Origin: an uncultured Clostridium sp. | GTDB taxonomy: Bacteria > Bacillota > Clostridia > TANB77 > CAG-508 | Direction of reading: 5' to 3' | Assembly (NCBI GenBank): GCA_900553365.1 | Contig: USDL01000002.1 | Location: 14,815 to 78,814, forward strand | Length of the DNA: 64,000 nucleotides | Part shown: positions 37,738-48,351 of the stretch, one piece after another | Layout: each line of letters begins with the position of its first letter | Numbering within the stretch: the first letter of the stretch is position 1 | Translations under genes and position numbers: made by a program | Notes under the pieces: generated by a model | The model's input: only the letters and a program-made list of their open reading frames with translations | Told to the model about the DNA's origin: nothing | The model's database searches: none

Positions 37738-40016
37738 GTTGTTGCTCCTTTCGCTTTTCTTTTACTTGATGCGTAAAAAGCCATTTCTTCGGATAATGCT
37801 TGTATATCCTGCTTTCTATTGTTATAAAAATTAGTTATATTAAAAATAATACTAGAACTATTATCGTTATTTTCAATTTTTTCTTCTTGCAATTCTTTTT
37901 GCTTTCTAGTCCTATTTTTCATATATTCTGCATTTTCTTCTTTGGTTAATACTCTTTCTCCCTTATGTAATAATGCGGGATAATCATCTTCTGGCACATA
38001 ATCAATACCAACTTTTAATTTTGGTATTTCGTTAATATGAAATCCCTTCCCACCAACTCCAGGAACCCAATCTGGTATTTTTATTTTATTTATACCTCTA
38101 ATAAATGTGTTTATTCCATTTATTATCCAATTTATAGGTGTTTTAAATATGTTTGCAAGTCCACTTATTATATTACTAAATATGTTCTTAATATTTTGCC
38201 ATGCTGCACTCCAATTTCCAGTAAATACATTTTTTACAAAGTTAATTATATTGGAAAATACATTTTTTACATTTCCTATAACATTTTTTATTGTTTCAAA
38301 TACACTTGAAAATATATATTTTACCTGATTAAATGCTCCTTGCCATGCACCAACAAAAATCACTTTCACAAAATTTATAATTCCTTCAAATACACTTATT
38401 GTATTTTGAATTATTTTTGAAACCAAATCAAATGCTCCTTTGAAAACAGTGGATATTACATTTGCAACTAATTCAAGACCCGCTTGTAGTGGTGGTAATA
38501 TTAGTTGTATTATATTAGTAAATAATTGAATCAAAGGAGGTAATATCATATTTATTAACGATAGTAGTGGTTCTAATAATGTCATAAATAAATTTATTAT
38601 AGGTTGTAATAAATTTATAATTGGTTGTAATAAATCCAATAATGGTTGTATTAATTGCATCAAAATAGGTAAAAGAGATTGAACTATTTGCATTATTGGT
38701 GGCAATAACATTTGTGCTAACTGTACCAAAACTGGCAAAATTGCTTGTATTATTTGTGTCAAGAAAGGAACTAATTGTTTCCAAATATCCATCATTATAG
38801 GCATAATTGTTTGTACCAGTTCCATAAGTGGTGGTAATAATTGTGCAAACATTTCCGATATTACTGGCGAAACCTCATTTAACATTCCTTCAATTACTGG
38901 CATATTATCACTAATTATTTGAATTACTTGTTTTAGTATAGGCATAAGTGCATTTCCAAGTGGAAGTAATAGCATTTCTACATTTCTTTTTAGTCCTTCA
39001 AATAAATCTGTTAAATTGTCATATTTTACTTCTTTTAATTTGTCCATTGTATTTACTGTCTCATCAAATTTGTCTCCATATTCTGTCATAGCAAATACAG
39101 CATCTTTTCCCAAGTCCTCCCACATAGTACCAAATATAGCAACACCTGCAGTATTTTGTTCTATTGGGTCCTCAATATTTTTCAAACCTTCTACAACTTC
39201 TCCAAATGCCCAAGAAGCTCTTTCTCCACCTTCTCCAAATGCTTGTGCAATATCATCTGCATTTAATTTCATTGCTTTTAGAGAATCTGTTGCAGAGCCA
39301 TCTTTCATTCTGATGCCCATTTCTTTTATTGCATCTCCCACTTTATCTATAGAAAAAGCTCCACTATCTGCTCCTTGTTTGAATGTATTAAACATATCAG
39401 TAGCACTTAATCCGTTTTGTTTAAAATGTACGGAATATTCATTTATTGAATCTAGCAAGTCTCCATTTTTATCTAATCCTTGCTGTGCCCCTTGTGCTAT
39501 TAAATTGTATGCTTCTTCGGATGAAATTCCAAATTGGTCCATAAGCATTTTAGCAGCTCGTACACTCTCGTTTACTTCAAATCCAAATGTATCTCTTAAT
39601 GCCAAAGCATCTTCCGTTACACTTTGAAGTTGTGTATCTTCAATTTCTCCTAGCTGTGTTTTTACTTGTGCCATACTATCTGCGATGTCTTGAAAATCCT
39701 CTCCATAGTTATTCTTGTAGATGTTTTTCAAAACCTCTTCATATTGTCCTGTTGCTTCCGTTGCTGTTCCTGTCGCCGCTATATAACTATCTATAGCAGA
39801 ATCTACATCTTTTGCAGTATTGATTGCCATTCCTCCAATAGCTGTTGCTGCGGTAACTGCTGCTGCTCCTAATCCAAGTGCCCATTTCCCTGCAGTTTTT
39901 GCGACATTGCCTAGCTTTGTTCCTAATCCTTCACTTTTTTTGCCTGTTTTTTCAATTTTTTCATCCGCTTCGGTAGTATCTACAAAAATACTACCAAATA
40001 ACTTAAATATTTCCAT
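37734..40016 (-). CDS. Tail tape measure protein
   Basis: 760 aa, helical with Leu/Ile/Pro/Gln-rich repeats in the centre. Follows the frameshifted chaperone pair. Confidence 0.85.
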   Translation of the reverse strand: MEIFKLFGSIFVDTTEADEKIEKTGKKSEGLGTKLGNVAKTAGKWALGLGAAAVTAATAIGGMAINTAKDVDSAIDSYIAATGTATEATGQYEEVLKNIYKNNYGEDFQDIADSMAQVKTQLGEIEDTQLQSVTEDALALRDTFGFEVNESVRAAKMLMDQFGISSEEAYNLIAQGAQQGLDKNGDLLDSINEYSVHFKQNGLSATDMFNTFKQGADSGAFSIDKVGDAIKEMGIRMKDGSATDSLKAMKLNADDIAQAFGEGGERASWAFGEVVEGLKNIEDPIEQNTAGVAIFGTMWEDLGKDAVFAMTEYGDKFDETVNTMDKLKEVKYDNLTDLFEGLKRNVEMLLLPLGNALMPILKQVIQIISDNMPVIEGMLNEVSPVISEMFAQLLPPLMELVQTIMPIMMDIWKQLVPFLTQIIQAILPVLVQLAQMLLPPIMQIVQSLLPILMQLIQPLLDLLQPIINLLQPIINLFMTLLEPLLSLINMILPPLIQLFTNIIQLILPPLQAGLELVANVISTVFKGAFDLVSKIIQNTISVFEGIINFVKVIFVGAWQGAFNQVKYIFSSVFETIKNVIGNVKNVFSNIINFVKNVFTGNWSAAWQNIKNIFSNIISGLANIFKTPINWIINGINTFIRGINKIKIPDWVPGVGGKGFHINEIPKLKVGIDYVPEDDYPALLHKGERVLTKEENAEYMKNRTRKQKELQEEKIENNDNSSSIIFNITNFYNNRKQDIQALSEEMAFYASSKRKAKGATT

Positions 40017-40670
40017 TTATTTTTCCACCTGCCTTCTGCTCTTGCTCATAATACCTTACTACTCCCATCATTTCTTTTTCTATTTCATCATTAGACATTT
40101 GCCTTTCTTTTGATGAATTACAATGTAAATTTTCAAAAGCTTTTTTCTTATATTCTTCAAAAGAAACAAATTCAAAAAAACCTATTTCCATATATGGATA
40201 TAGAGTTAACCATCTTGTATATAATTCTTTTTCATAGGCAGTTTCTAGTAAATTATTTAATTTTTCTATTGGAAAGTTTTTAATATTAGATATGCCATAA
40301 TATTTTTCAAGTAGTATTATTTTTTCTTCGATTCTGGCATATCCTTTTGTTGTAAAAAACTTTTTAATCCCTTATCTTTTGCTATTTCCTTCAAGAACTC
40401 TATTACATCAACTTGTTTTGCTTCTTCTTCTGATATTTCTTTATATAAAGAAATAAATCGTACTAATTCATCTCTAACTAAATGCAATTTTTTTCCTAGT
40501 GTTAATAGTAGTTCTGCTCCAATTTGTTTTTGTAGCCTTTCTACTTCACTTTTGCTTTTTCCCCTTGCTTCATCACCCATCTTAAAAAACTTTTGCATTA
40601 GTTGTGAATCTATCTCCATTTTTTCCATTATTGTGCTTATAACACACATCATATCAATGTTAATTTTCAT
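40003..40670 (-). CDS. Tail assembly chaperone -1 frameshift product (gpGT-like)
   Basis: The -1 frame is open from 40320 to 40003 (106 codons: IILLEKYYGISNIKNF...) and contains ORF-track ORF 40003..40191. The A6 run at 40320-40325 is the slip site. Confidence 0.65.
40317..40670 (-). CDS. Tail assembly chaperone (gpG-like)
   Basis: 117 aa between the major tail and tape measure genes. Ends in AAG AAA AAA TAA. Confidence 0.7.
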   Translation of the reverse strand: MKINIDMMCVISTIMEKMEIDSQLMQKFFKMGDEARGKSKSEVERLQKQIGAELLLTLGKKLHLVRDELVRFISLYKEISEEEAKQVDVIEFLKEIAKDKGLKSFLQQKDMPESKKK

Positions 40671-40723
40671 GGTAATTTCCTCCTAAATAAAAAAATAGAG
40701 CAACCTTTATAGTTGCTCATACA

Positions 40724-41305
40724 TTAAACTGTTGTTAGACTTTCTTCGTAAGTAATACTTTGTATTCTTTCGATTGAGTAAATTTTCTTTGTTTCATCTT
40801 CGTAAGAATGATGAGCAGCAAAATCTAATTGTATTTCTCCTTCTGCTTTTTGTACTGCTGCAAATTCTAATCCATTGTCTGCCATAGCATCAAATATAGA
40901 AATTTTTAGGTAATCTCCTTTTAAAGTCTTACAAAACATAGTTATGTTATCGTTATAGTTTTCATCTGAAATTAAGCCCAAGTCTGAACTTTCAATTTTA
41001 GATATTTCGCCACTCTTATCCTTTGTTATTGATGCACCTGGCAATGCCATTGATAGTGAATCTAAACTTGCATTTAAAGTCTTTGCAGAAATTGTTGCAT
41101 TTTCATCATCAATTACTTCTGTTCCTTTTGTTTTTCCACCTTGTCCATCAAATTCTATTTGTCTTATAGTTCTTTCTACTTTAAATGTAGAACCTCCACG
41201 AATTGGAGCTAACAATTTTTGTGTTTCTAACCCATAATTTCTAAAAACAATTCCATGGTCTATTTGGATGTTTTCAACATCTACTTTTCTTTGTTTTGTT
41301 TTCAA
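40724..41305 (-). CDS. Major tail protein
   Basis: 193 aa, position upstream of the chaperones; the sequence looks beta-rich. Confidence 0.6.
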   Translation of the reverse strand: MKTKQRKVDVENIQIDHGIVFRNYGLETQKLLAPIRGGSTFKVERTIRQIEFDGQGGKTKGTEVIDDENATISAKTLNASLDSLSMALPGASITKDKSGEISKIESSDLGLISDENYNDNITMFCKTLKGDYLKISIFDAMADNGLEFAAVQKAEGEIQLDFAAHHSYEDETKKIYSIERIQSITYEESLTTV

Positions 41306-41319
41306 TTTAATTTCCCTCC

Positions 41320-41721
41320 TTAATTTTGAAACTCATACATATGTATTTCAAAAGTCTGTATTCTTCTTTTTATAGTTTTATCTTCATCATAATTAGTGTT
41401 ACATCCACTAAAATATATTTTTATAGCAAAACTATCTAAAAAAGCCTGGTATCCATCTATTTTTTCCTTTATAGCATCGCAAATATTTTCTATTTGTGTT
41501 GTATCATCGCCAGAATCCCAAGTCTCCGCTTCTAAATAAAATGGTATATATATCTCATCGTTACTTTCTTTTACATCTAATACTGTATACGGAAAATCCA
41601 TAGTATCATCTGCAGTCATAAAACAATTTGGAACAACATTGTCTAAAAGTTCCTTAATGTGTTTTCTTAATTTTATTCTAGTTGTTTCTTTATCCACTTC
41701 CAATTTCCTCGCTTTCATCAA
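41320..41721 (-). CDS. Tail completion / tail terminator-like protein
   Basis: 133 aa; assigned by position in the head-tail joining block only. Confidence 0.4.
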   Translation of the reverse strand: MMKARKLEVDKETTRIKLRKHIKELLDNVVPNCFMTADDTMDFPYTVLDVKESNDEIYIPFYLEAETWDSGDDTTQIENICDAIKEKIDGYQAFLDSFAIKIYFSGCNTNYDEDKTIKRRIQTFEIHMYEFQN

Positions 41722-42115
41722 TTATTCCTCTTGCTTTGTTTTCATCCTCTATACTTTTGATATAAGTACCTTGTATTTTTCTTATTTCATTTTTATTATT
41801 TAGTACAGCTCCTCTTATATGTTCTTTTTTTACCTGCTTTGATGTTCCTGTCTCTTGAAAACCAATATAAAATCCTCCTGGCTTATATCCAACCTGCAAA
41901 CTTCCATCTTTTCTAGCCCAATATTGTGTGTTTTTTCTTCCTCTTCCAGTATTTTTTTCAATACTCTTTTTAGCTTCTCTTGTAACAAACTTTCCTACAT
42001 CTTTATTAGCTGCATGTACTAATTCTTTTAAGAGATACTTTGTTCTATCTACACTATTTATATATTGAACTCCATCTTTTGTTATCTTTATTGCACTAGG
42101 AATTGCCATAAGCAT
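41690..42115 (-). CDS. HK97 gp10-family head-tail joining protein
   Basis: 141 aa; position, plus a gp10-like central region (GRGRKNTQYWARKDGSLQVGYKPGGFYIGFQETGTS). Confidence 0.5.
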   Translation of the reverse strand: MLMAIPSAIKITKDGVQYINSVDRTKYLLKELVHAANKDVGKFVTREAKKSIEKNTGRGRKNTQYWARKDGSLQVGYKPGGFYIGFQETGTSKQVKKEHIRGAVLNNKNEIRKIQGTYIKSIEDENKARGIIDESEEIGSG

Positions 42116-42422
42116 TTACCTCTTTCTTTTTTATATCACTTGAGCAAGTAAGCTCTAGCTTTTCATCATCTGTTTCATATGTTTTTAATATTTCATATTT
42201 GACTCCTTTGTATCTTAAATACTTTTCGTTTTCATAATCAAATTTCCATATTACCAATATTCTTTCTGCCTTCATGCCTACTGCTGCAGCTTGAAAAAAT
42301 GTACTTGAATATACTTGTTTTTCTTCTCCAAAAACATCTCTTTCTCCTGGTTTTCTTATCATGTCTCCTATAGCATTGCCTTCTACTTTATCTTTGCTTA
42401 TCAAAGTTATTATTTCATCCAT
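42096..42422 (-). CDS. Head closure / head-tail adaptor protein
   Basis: 108 aa; assigned by position after the gp6-like connector. Confidence 0.45.
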   Translation of the reverse strand: MDEIITLISKDKVEGNAIGDMIRKPGERDVFGEEKQVYSSTFFQAAAVGMKAERILVIWKFDYENEKYLRYKGVKYEILKTYETDDEKLELTCSSDIKKKEVNAYGNS

Positions 42423-42424
42423 AT

Positions 42425-42712
42425 TTACACCTCTTTCGGTGGATTTTTGTATTTAGATGATACACTCATCTTATACCTTAATCTTTCATATGATTTTTGA
42501 TATTTATCACTTTGCTTGTTGTTCCTAAAATTAGCTCTTACATAAGCAGTTATAGCCTGGCAAACCACAGTATTGGAAGCTACTATGTTACTTTCATGTA
42601 TTCCAGACATTTTTAAATCTTCGATTGCAGCAAGTTCTACTTCTTTTAATTCTTCATCAAAACTACTATTGCTCAATCCAACTCTTTTCCTCAATTCTTC
42701 TACATCTATCAT
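42425..42712 (-). CDS. gp6-like head-tail connector protein
   Basis: 95 aa. MIDVEELRKRVGLSNSSFDEELKEVELAAIEDLKMSGI matches the typical gp6-like N-terminus. Confidence 0.55.
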   Translation of the reverse strand: MIDVEELRKRVGLSNSSFDEELKEVELAAIEDLKMSGIHESNIVASNTVVCQAITAYVRANFRNNKQSDKYQKSYERLRYKMSVSSKYKNPPKEV

Positions 42713-42731
42713 TTTAGTAGCTTCCTCCTTC

Positions 42732-43046
42732 TTATTCTTCTACTTTTGATTCTGTCTCTACAGTTTTATCTGATTCTGGTCCTTCTACTTTTGTTTCTGT
42801 AGTTTCTCCCTCTGTTTCAACAACTTCCTCTTTTTTATTTTTTCCTTTTGTTGATTTAGTAGGTGTTTTATCTTCTACATATTCTGCTGATATAACTCTT
42901 CCCACTTTTGCATCATTTAGTTGTTTTAATCTTTCCTCTGTTACTACTAAAACAGCATCTTTTTTTACTTCTGCTAACTTATTTGTTTTATCTAAAAATG
43001 GTACTTCTACCTTAAAATTATATTTAATCATTTTTGTTTCCTCCAT
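42732..43046 (-). CDS. Hypothetical head-associated protein (acidic, Glu/Thr-rich tail)
   Basis: 104 aa directly after the major capsid gene. Confidence 0.35.
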   Translation of the reverse strand: MEETKMIKYNFKVEVPFLDKTNKLAEVKKDAVLVVTEERLKQLNDAKVGRVISAEYVEDKTPTKSTKGKNKKEEVVETEGETTETKVEGPESDKTVETESKVEE

Positions 43047-43081
43047 TTATAAAATATTTAGCAGCCTCTCGGCTGCTTTTA

Positions 43082-44356
43082 TTACACTTGTGGTGTTTCT
43101 TGTGTTCCCTTTTCTCCTCCATCTGCTTTAGTTGATGTAGCTTTCTTCTTTAATAACACTACACTTTGAGTGCTTGACATTTTACCATCGCCAATTAAAG
43201 TAGCTTTTGTAATCCATTGGTCTAAATCCTCATCAAAGTATCTCTTTATTACTATTTCCATATTTGAATTAAATAGATAATCTGATAAATCACAAATTAC
43301 TCCAAATACTGTTCCTGCTTCTGCTGTATCAAAAGATGGTAAATAATCATCTTCTACTAGGATAGCTTCTTTTCCAAGAACTTTTGTTGTTTCTTCTCCA
43401 TTTAGTCCATAATTCACTCTTCCTACAGGTTGTCCATTAGAATCTACCATACCTTCAATGTAATTAGTAAAGTCTGAATCATTTAATATGAATGAGATTC
43501 TTTTCTTGTAACTTGCAGGAACAGCTTTTTTAGCTTTAATCCATCCTCTATATGTTCTTATTTCCTCTTCTGTTAATTCAACAACCTTTACATTTTCGTG
43601 TTTTGTAATTCCTAAAGGTTGTTTATTTCCTGTTCCATTTAAAACTGCTTGTTCTAATGCAACAATCATTGCCTCTTTCATTGCATCAACTAGACTATCT
43701 TCAAAAACTTCTAATGTTGTTGTATCAACTTCAAGGCTAATAGCAACTCTACATTGTAATTTATGATATAGGAATGATACATTTGAATTTACAGGATATT
43801 TTTGTTTATCTGCAACTGTATTCTCTCCTACCCATGTTGCTTTTGGTTTTAATGTAGCAACTGGTATAGAAATTCCACCTTTTACATTAGATTTTGTTAT
43901 TCTTGCCCAGATTTGTCCATATTCTTTTAGTTCCTTAATTACTCTTTTCATAATAGTGTTTGGAACTACTGCTGATGCATCTGTTGTAAGAGTTATTGCA
44001 TCTGCTCTTTTTTCTGGAATTTTACCAGTTAATATGTATTCCATAAAAGCTGTTCTTTTTTCTAATTCTGTGTTGTCAATTTTTCTTGCTTCTAATCCCG
44101 CACTTCTTCCTGGTAAGTAAGATGCAACTGGATTAAAAGCTGCTTTGCTTCTAATTTCCATTTGTTTAATTACTGATTTTCTTGATTCTTCTAATTTTGC
44201 TTTTTCTTCATTTAGTTTGTCTACTTCTTCCTCAATTTCTTTTAATCTTTCTTCTTTTTCCTCTTTTGTAGCTTCATCGCTCTTTTCTTTTAATTGCTCA
44301 TTTATTTTAGCAATTTCATCCTCTAATTCTTTTACTTTTTTTTCTAATTCTTCCAT
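43082..44356 (-). CDS. Major capsid protein, HK97 family, with N-terminal coiled-coil delta/scaffold domain
   Basis: 424 aa following the prohead protease. N-terminal ~70 aa are a K/E-rich coiled coil. Confidence 0.85.
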   Translation of the reverse strand: MEELEKKVKELEDEIAKINEQLKEKSDEATKEEKEERLKEIEEEVDKLNEEKAKLEESRKSVIKQMEIRSKAAFNPVASYLPGRSAGLEARKIDNTELEKRTAFMEYILTGKIPEKRADAITLTTDASAVVPNTIMKRVIKELKEYGQIWARITKSNVKGGISIPVATLKPKATWVGENTVADKQKYPVNSNVSFLYHKLQCRVAISLEVDTTTLEVFEDSLVDAMKEAMIVALEQAVLNGTGNKQPLGITKHENVKVVELTEEEIRTYRGWIKAKKAVPASYKKRISFILNDSDFTNYIEGMVDSNGQPVGRVNYGLNGEETTKVLGKEAILVEDDYLPSFDTAEAGTVFGVICDLSDYLFNSNMEIVIKRYFDEDLDQWITKATLIGDGKMSSTQSVVLLKKKATSTKADGGEKGTQETPQV

Positions 44357-44357
44357 G

Positions 44358-45026
44358 TTAATTTCCTCCTAAATTTATTTTTGTTTTTATTGAAATTCGC
44401 CTTTTGCGAATTTCTAGTTGTTTATTTGCTCTAGCATTATCCAATGCCTTTTTCTCGTTATCCAACGATAATAAAGCTCGAGCATATATAGTAGTATCTT
44501 CGTAAGCAGGATAATTTACCGCACTTACTTCGATAACCTTACTAACTTTTTTAATTATTCTTGTAGGCATTTCTTGGTCCACATCTTTCCACTCTTCATC
44601 TGCCACCTCAAACATATAACTCATTCCAGTTATATCTCCTCTTCTTATAGCAGAATTTAATGCTTTTGCTTCTGTATTGTTTTCTATGTCTATACTTGCT
44701 CTCATTTTTAACCCTATTGTATCTGGTTGTAAAAATAGTGTATTATTGGCATTATTTCTTCTACTTCTTGCAAGTGGTATTCTGTTAGTATCATGGTTAT
44801 AATATAAAGCAACATCATCAAAGTCTGTTCCTTCAAAAGCTCCTTGTTCTATTATCTCCTTGAACATTCCTGCAATGATTGTCTCCGAATTATAAACTGC
44901 TGCATAACCTTCCAATGTAGCTTCTGAACCATTATTTTGTTGTTCATTGTCTATATTTTCTAAATTTTGAACTTGCCTTCTTTCAACTTTTTCCTTAACA
45001 TATTTTTGTTGTTTGTCCATCTCCAT
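44358..45026 (-). CDS. Prohead protease, HK97 family
   Basis: 222 aa between portal and capsid. LEGYAAVYNSET... core is typical of S78 proteases. Confidence 0.8.
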   Translation of the reverse strand: MEMDKQQKYVKEKVERRQVQNLENIDNEQQNNGSEATLEGYAAVYNSETIIAGMFKEIIEQGAFEGTDFDDVALYYNHDTNRIPLARSRRNNANNTLFLQPDTIGLKMRASIDIENNTEAKALNSAIRRGDITGMSYMFEVADEEWKDVDQEMPTRIIKKVSKVIEVSAVNYPAYEDTTIYARALLSLDNEKKALDNARANKQLEIRKRRISIKTKINLGGN

Positions 45027-46263
45027 TTTCCTCCTTAACCATACTTTTAGATTTATTTAATTGATATTCGTTTGCAATTCTAGCATCTATGTGATTTAAA
45101 CTTAAAATTCTAGTATCTCCACCCTCTTCTGCAGGTGGCATACCTAACAAATTTAATGCATCATCTAATCTAAATACCATTAGAGGCATTAACTCTTTTA
45201 TTGCATTTACTTTTGTAGCCCAACTTGCATATTGTAATCTACTAGAATAAAATTCTACTTGATTTCCCATATCTTGCTCTCGTTCTGTAAAAAGTCTAGC
45301 TGTAAAACCTTGACTTGCCATAATTGAAATAGGTTCTATTCTACTTTCATAAAAGCTGTTAAATTCCTCTTCACTATAATTATTATTAAAAATCGGTATA
45401 GATACACCATATTTATTTAAAACCTTATTTTGTATAAAATCTAATGTATCCTTGTCAATTATCTTTGGGTCTATTTTTAAATCTATATACTCGCCTTTTA
45501 AATCCATTGGCAATATTCCAGATTTGCTATGTGTTATTTTGTTTTCAAATTCTTCTATTTGACTTTTTTGGTCATCATCTGTTAATACTGTATTTATTTT
45601 TAAAATTCCTCTAATTTGAAAACTAGATTCTATTCCTTTTGCAATGCCTTCTATCATTGTTTGATTAGTCTGTAGAGTTTTTAGTAAGTCTTTGTTATCA
45701 TCATCTCCCATAAACTCATTTACTCCAAAAAATTGCCTTAAATGAATTACTTTATAGTATGGCATTTCTGCAGTATATCCATTTGCAAAATAAAATTTTA
45801 TATACATATCCCCATATTGATTTTCCAATAAATCTACTTGCATAGGTCTTAATGGATATAGCCCTTTTATAACTCCATCTTCATACAAAGGATAAATAAA
45901 AACATTGCTGTCTAATAAAAGCAATGTTACTACTTTATATATAAACTCTGATGTAGTCATAAATGGATTTGGCATACATTTTAATAGTTTTTCTAATGGA
46001 CTTTTAACTACTGTTTGCTTCCCTGTTTCATTATCTACTCTAATATGTTTTGGTTGCAGTTTTGAGCAATGTGTTGCTACTCTATCAATACATATCTTTA
46101 CTAAATCGGAGGCATATACATTGTTTCCAAAGCTAGAGAATATTGGCATTTCTCCATTTAGCATCTTGTAATATTTAGTTTCCATCTTTTTTTGTTTTTC
46201 TTTTTCTATATTCCTTCCAAATACAGAATGAAACATATCTCTTATGTTTATATTCTTTTTCAC
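44995..46263 (-). CDS. Portal protein, HK97 family
   Basis: 422 aa immediately after TerL. Confidence 0.8.
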   Translation of the reverse strand: MKKNINIRDMFHSVFGRNIEKEKQKKMETKYYKMLNGEMPIFSSFGNNVYASDLVKICIDRVATHCSKLQPKHIRVDNETGKQTVVKSPLEKLLKCMPNPFMTTSEFIYKVVTLLLLDSNVFIYPLYEDGVIKGLYPLRPMQVDLLENQYGDMYIKFYFANGYTAEMPYYKVIHLRQFFGVNEFMGDDDNKDLLKTLQTNQTMIEGIAKGIESSFQIRGILKINTVLTDDDQKSQIEEFENKITHSKSGILPMDLKGEYIDLKIDPKIIDKDTLDFIQNKVLNKYGVSIPIFNNNYSEEEFNSFYESRIEPISIMASQGFTARLFTEREQDMGNQVEFYSSRLQYASWATKVNAIKELMPLMVFRLDDALNLLGMPPAEEGGDTRILSLNHIDARIANEYQLNKSKSMVKEENGDGQTTKIC

Positions 46264-47900
46264 TTTACTACCTCCATATATTCATTTCTATGGGCATATA
46301 ATACTGCATAAACAATAATTAGACTAACTGCCCCATCTATTCTTATATATTTTTGTGAATTTAATTTAACTGGTGCTATTAGTCCATTATCATCAACCTT
46401 TATCTCTGTATTTCCTAAACACCATTTTAAAATTGGCGAATTATTGTAGTTTACTAATTTTGCTCTCAAATCTGCCTCTAAAATTTTCATTGGATTAGAT
46501 AAAACCTCTTTTTTCTGTAAGATTGTTTCCATATCGAACCCTACATCTTTCATCTCATCCACCCAATATTTTGCGGACCACTTATCATAGCCTATATACA
46601 TTGGTCTTATGTGATATGTTTTAAACATATCAACAAACCATTTTGTAACTTTCTTATAGTCATTCTCCCATCCTTCGCTAATTTCCATCAATCCCATTCT
46701 TGCCCATTCATTATATGGAACTTTATCTTCCCTTACTCTTTTTTCTAATTGTTCTTTTGGCATAAAATACTTTTGAATAATATATTTTCTTCTATCGCCT
46801 TTTTTCATAATTAGCAATGTTGCACATGTTAAGTCTGTTGTATCTGATAAATCGACTCCTCCAAGAGCAACACTATTTTCTAGTAATTTCATATCGAATG
46901 TATTTGGATTTATTATTTCTGCTTCTTCTAGCCATGCATTGCTGCTATTTTGTTTTATGTTAAAATCTTTGCATAGCATCTTTATTCTGTTTCCTCTATC
47001 ATTTTGAGATTTTAATATTTCTTTTTCTATATAACTTACTTTTTTTATTGTTCCTAGACTTGGATTTGATTTTTGCCATGTTTTTTTGTCTCTCCATATT
47101 TCTGTTTCATTGTCCTGTGTAAATAATAATGCTAATATACTTTCATCTTCTATCTCTCCATTAAGGACTTTTCTAACATATTTTAATTTTTTATCTAGGA
47201 ATCCATCTGGAATAAATCCTTCTGTCGTTATACCAAATAATAAAGGTTCATCTTTTGTTGATTGACTTCTTTTGATTGCATCTTCTACATCATCGGTTTT
47301 CATTTCGTGTTCCTCATCAATGCAACCAACTTCTATATTATATCCATCTTTGTTTTTAGTTTGTCCACTTAATTTTTTTACTTTATTTTTATTCTTTTTA
47401 TGCTGTATTCTCCTCATGCTCATAAATACCCTTTTTTCTAGTTTCGGGCTTTGTGAAATCATGTTTTGCATTTCTTCAAACACTATAGATGCTTGGTCTG
47501 TTGTATTTGATGCACATACAACATCCGTTCCACCTTTTCCACAAAAGAACTCTGCCAATAGAATTGCTGCGATAAGTGTTGTTTTTCCATTTTTTCTAGC
47601 AATTAACAATAATACTTCTCTAAATCTTCTGAATCCTGTTTCTGTATATTTAAAAGAGTATGCAGCTTCTATCATAGCCTTTTCCCAAAGTTCTAGTTTA
47701 AAAGGTTTTCCATAAAAAGGAGATTTAGTATGTTTACAATAATGCTCAATAAAATATATTCTTTTATCTGCATCTTTAGTTTCATAAACATATTTGGGAT
47801 TTTTTAAATCTTGCATTAGTCTATTAAGAGCTGTTTTTATTTCTATCCCTGCAACTATCTCTCCACTTTGAATTTTATTGTAATATTCTTCTAACCACAT
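46260..47900 (-). CDS. Terminase large subunit
   Basis: 546 aa; Walker A-like LLLIARKNGKTTLIAAI; nuclease C-terminal half. Confidence 0.88.
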   Translation of the reverse strand: MWLEEYYNKIQSGEIVAGIEIKTALNRLMQDLKNPKYVYETKDADKRIYFIEHYCKHTKSPFYGKPFKLELWEKAMIEAAYSFKYTETGFRRFREVLLLIARKNGKTTLIAAILLAEFFCGKGGTDVVCASNTTDQASIVFEEMQNMISQSPKLEKRVFMSMRRIQHKKNKNKVKKLSGQTKNKDGYNIEVGCIDEEHEMKTDDVEDAIKRSQSTKDEPLLFGITTEGFIPDGFLDKKLKYVRKVLNGEIEDESILALLFTQDNETEIWRDKKTWQKSNPSLGTIKKVSYIEKEILKSQNDRGNRIKMLCKDFNIKQNSSNAWLEEAEIINPNTFDMKLLENSVALGGVDLSDTTDLTCATLLIMKKGDRRKYIIQKYFMPKEQLEKRVREDKVPYNEWARMGLMEISEGWENDYKKVTKWFVDMFKTYHIRPMYIGYDKWSAKYWVDEMKDVGFDMETILQKKEVLSNPMKILEADLRAKLVNYNNSPILKWCLGNTEIKVDDNGLIAPVKLNSQKYIRIDGAVSLIIVYAVLYAHRNEYMEVVK

Positions 47901-47909
47901 TTAGATTCC

Positions 47910-48248
47910 TCATTCAAACATTTTTTCAAACTCATCGAAATCATCTTCTGCATCAATTACATTCTTTTCTAAAATGCCATTTAGTGTCTTTACTAATACT
48001 GCATGAGTATTAAGATATTTATTATATAGTTTTGCACTCTCTGTTATTAGCTGATGCGATGGATTTTTACTACTAACTATTACCGATTTATTCTTTTCTA
48101 TGTTTTGGTATAACTCAAATAGCTCTCCTGTAAGGTTTGCTGTCTGTTCTATAGTGCTTTCTGCCAATTTTCTTTTATTTTCCTCGACATTTTCAAATAT
48201 TTTATTTAATTTATCCTTTTCTTTCTGGATTACTTCTTTTTTATCCAT
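47910..48248 (-). CDS. Small terminase subunit, P27-family-like
   Basis: 112 aa between HNH and TerL, the usual place for P27-type TerS. Confidence 0.55.
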   Translation of the reverse strand: MDKKEVIQKEKDKLNKIFENVEENKRKLAESTIEQTANLTGELFELYQNIEKNKSVIVSSKNPSHQLITESAKLYNKYLNTHAVLVKTLNGILEKNVIDAEDDFDEFEKMFE

Positions 48249-48351
48249 TTTTCAAAATTCCTTTCCAAAAATGAAAATTTTTCGGTTGCATTTTTTAGAG
48301 GTCCCCCCTCGGTCCTTGGGGGTTTTGATATTTCTTTTTTTGTGGGGGGAT

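Noticed and set aside
38515-38784. 89-aa minus-strand ORF inside the tape measure gene, and 21182..21379 inside the yvcK-like gene
   Set aside because: These are alternative-frame ORFs nested in clearly coding genes, with low-complexity translations.
43061-43076. GCAGCC-TCTC-GGCTGC hairpin after the capsid gene as a terminator
   Set aside because: The T-run follows the stem on the plus strand, not on the transcribed minus strand. It may only attenuate or stabilise the transcript, so it is not listed as a feature.
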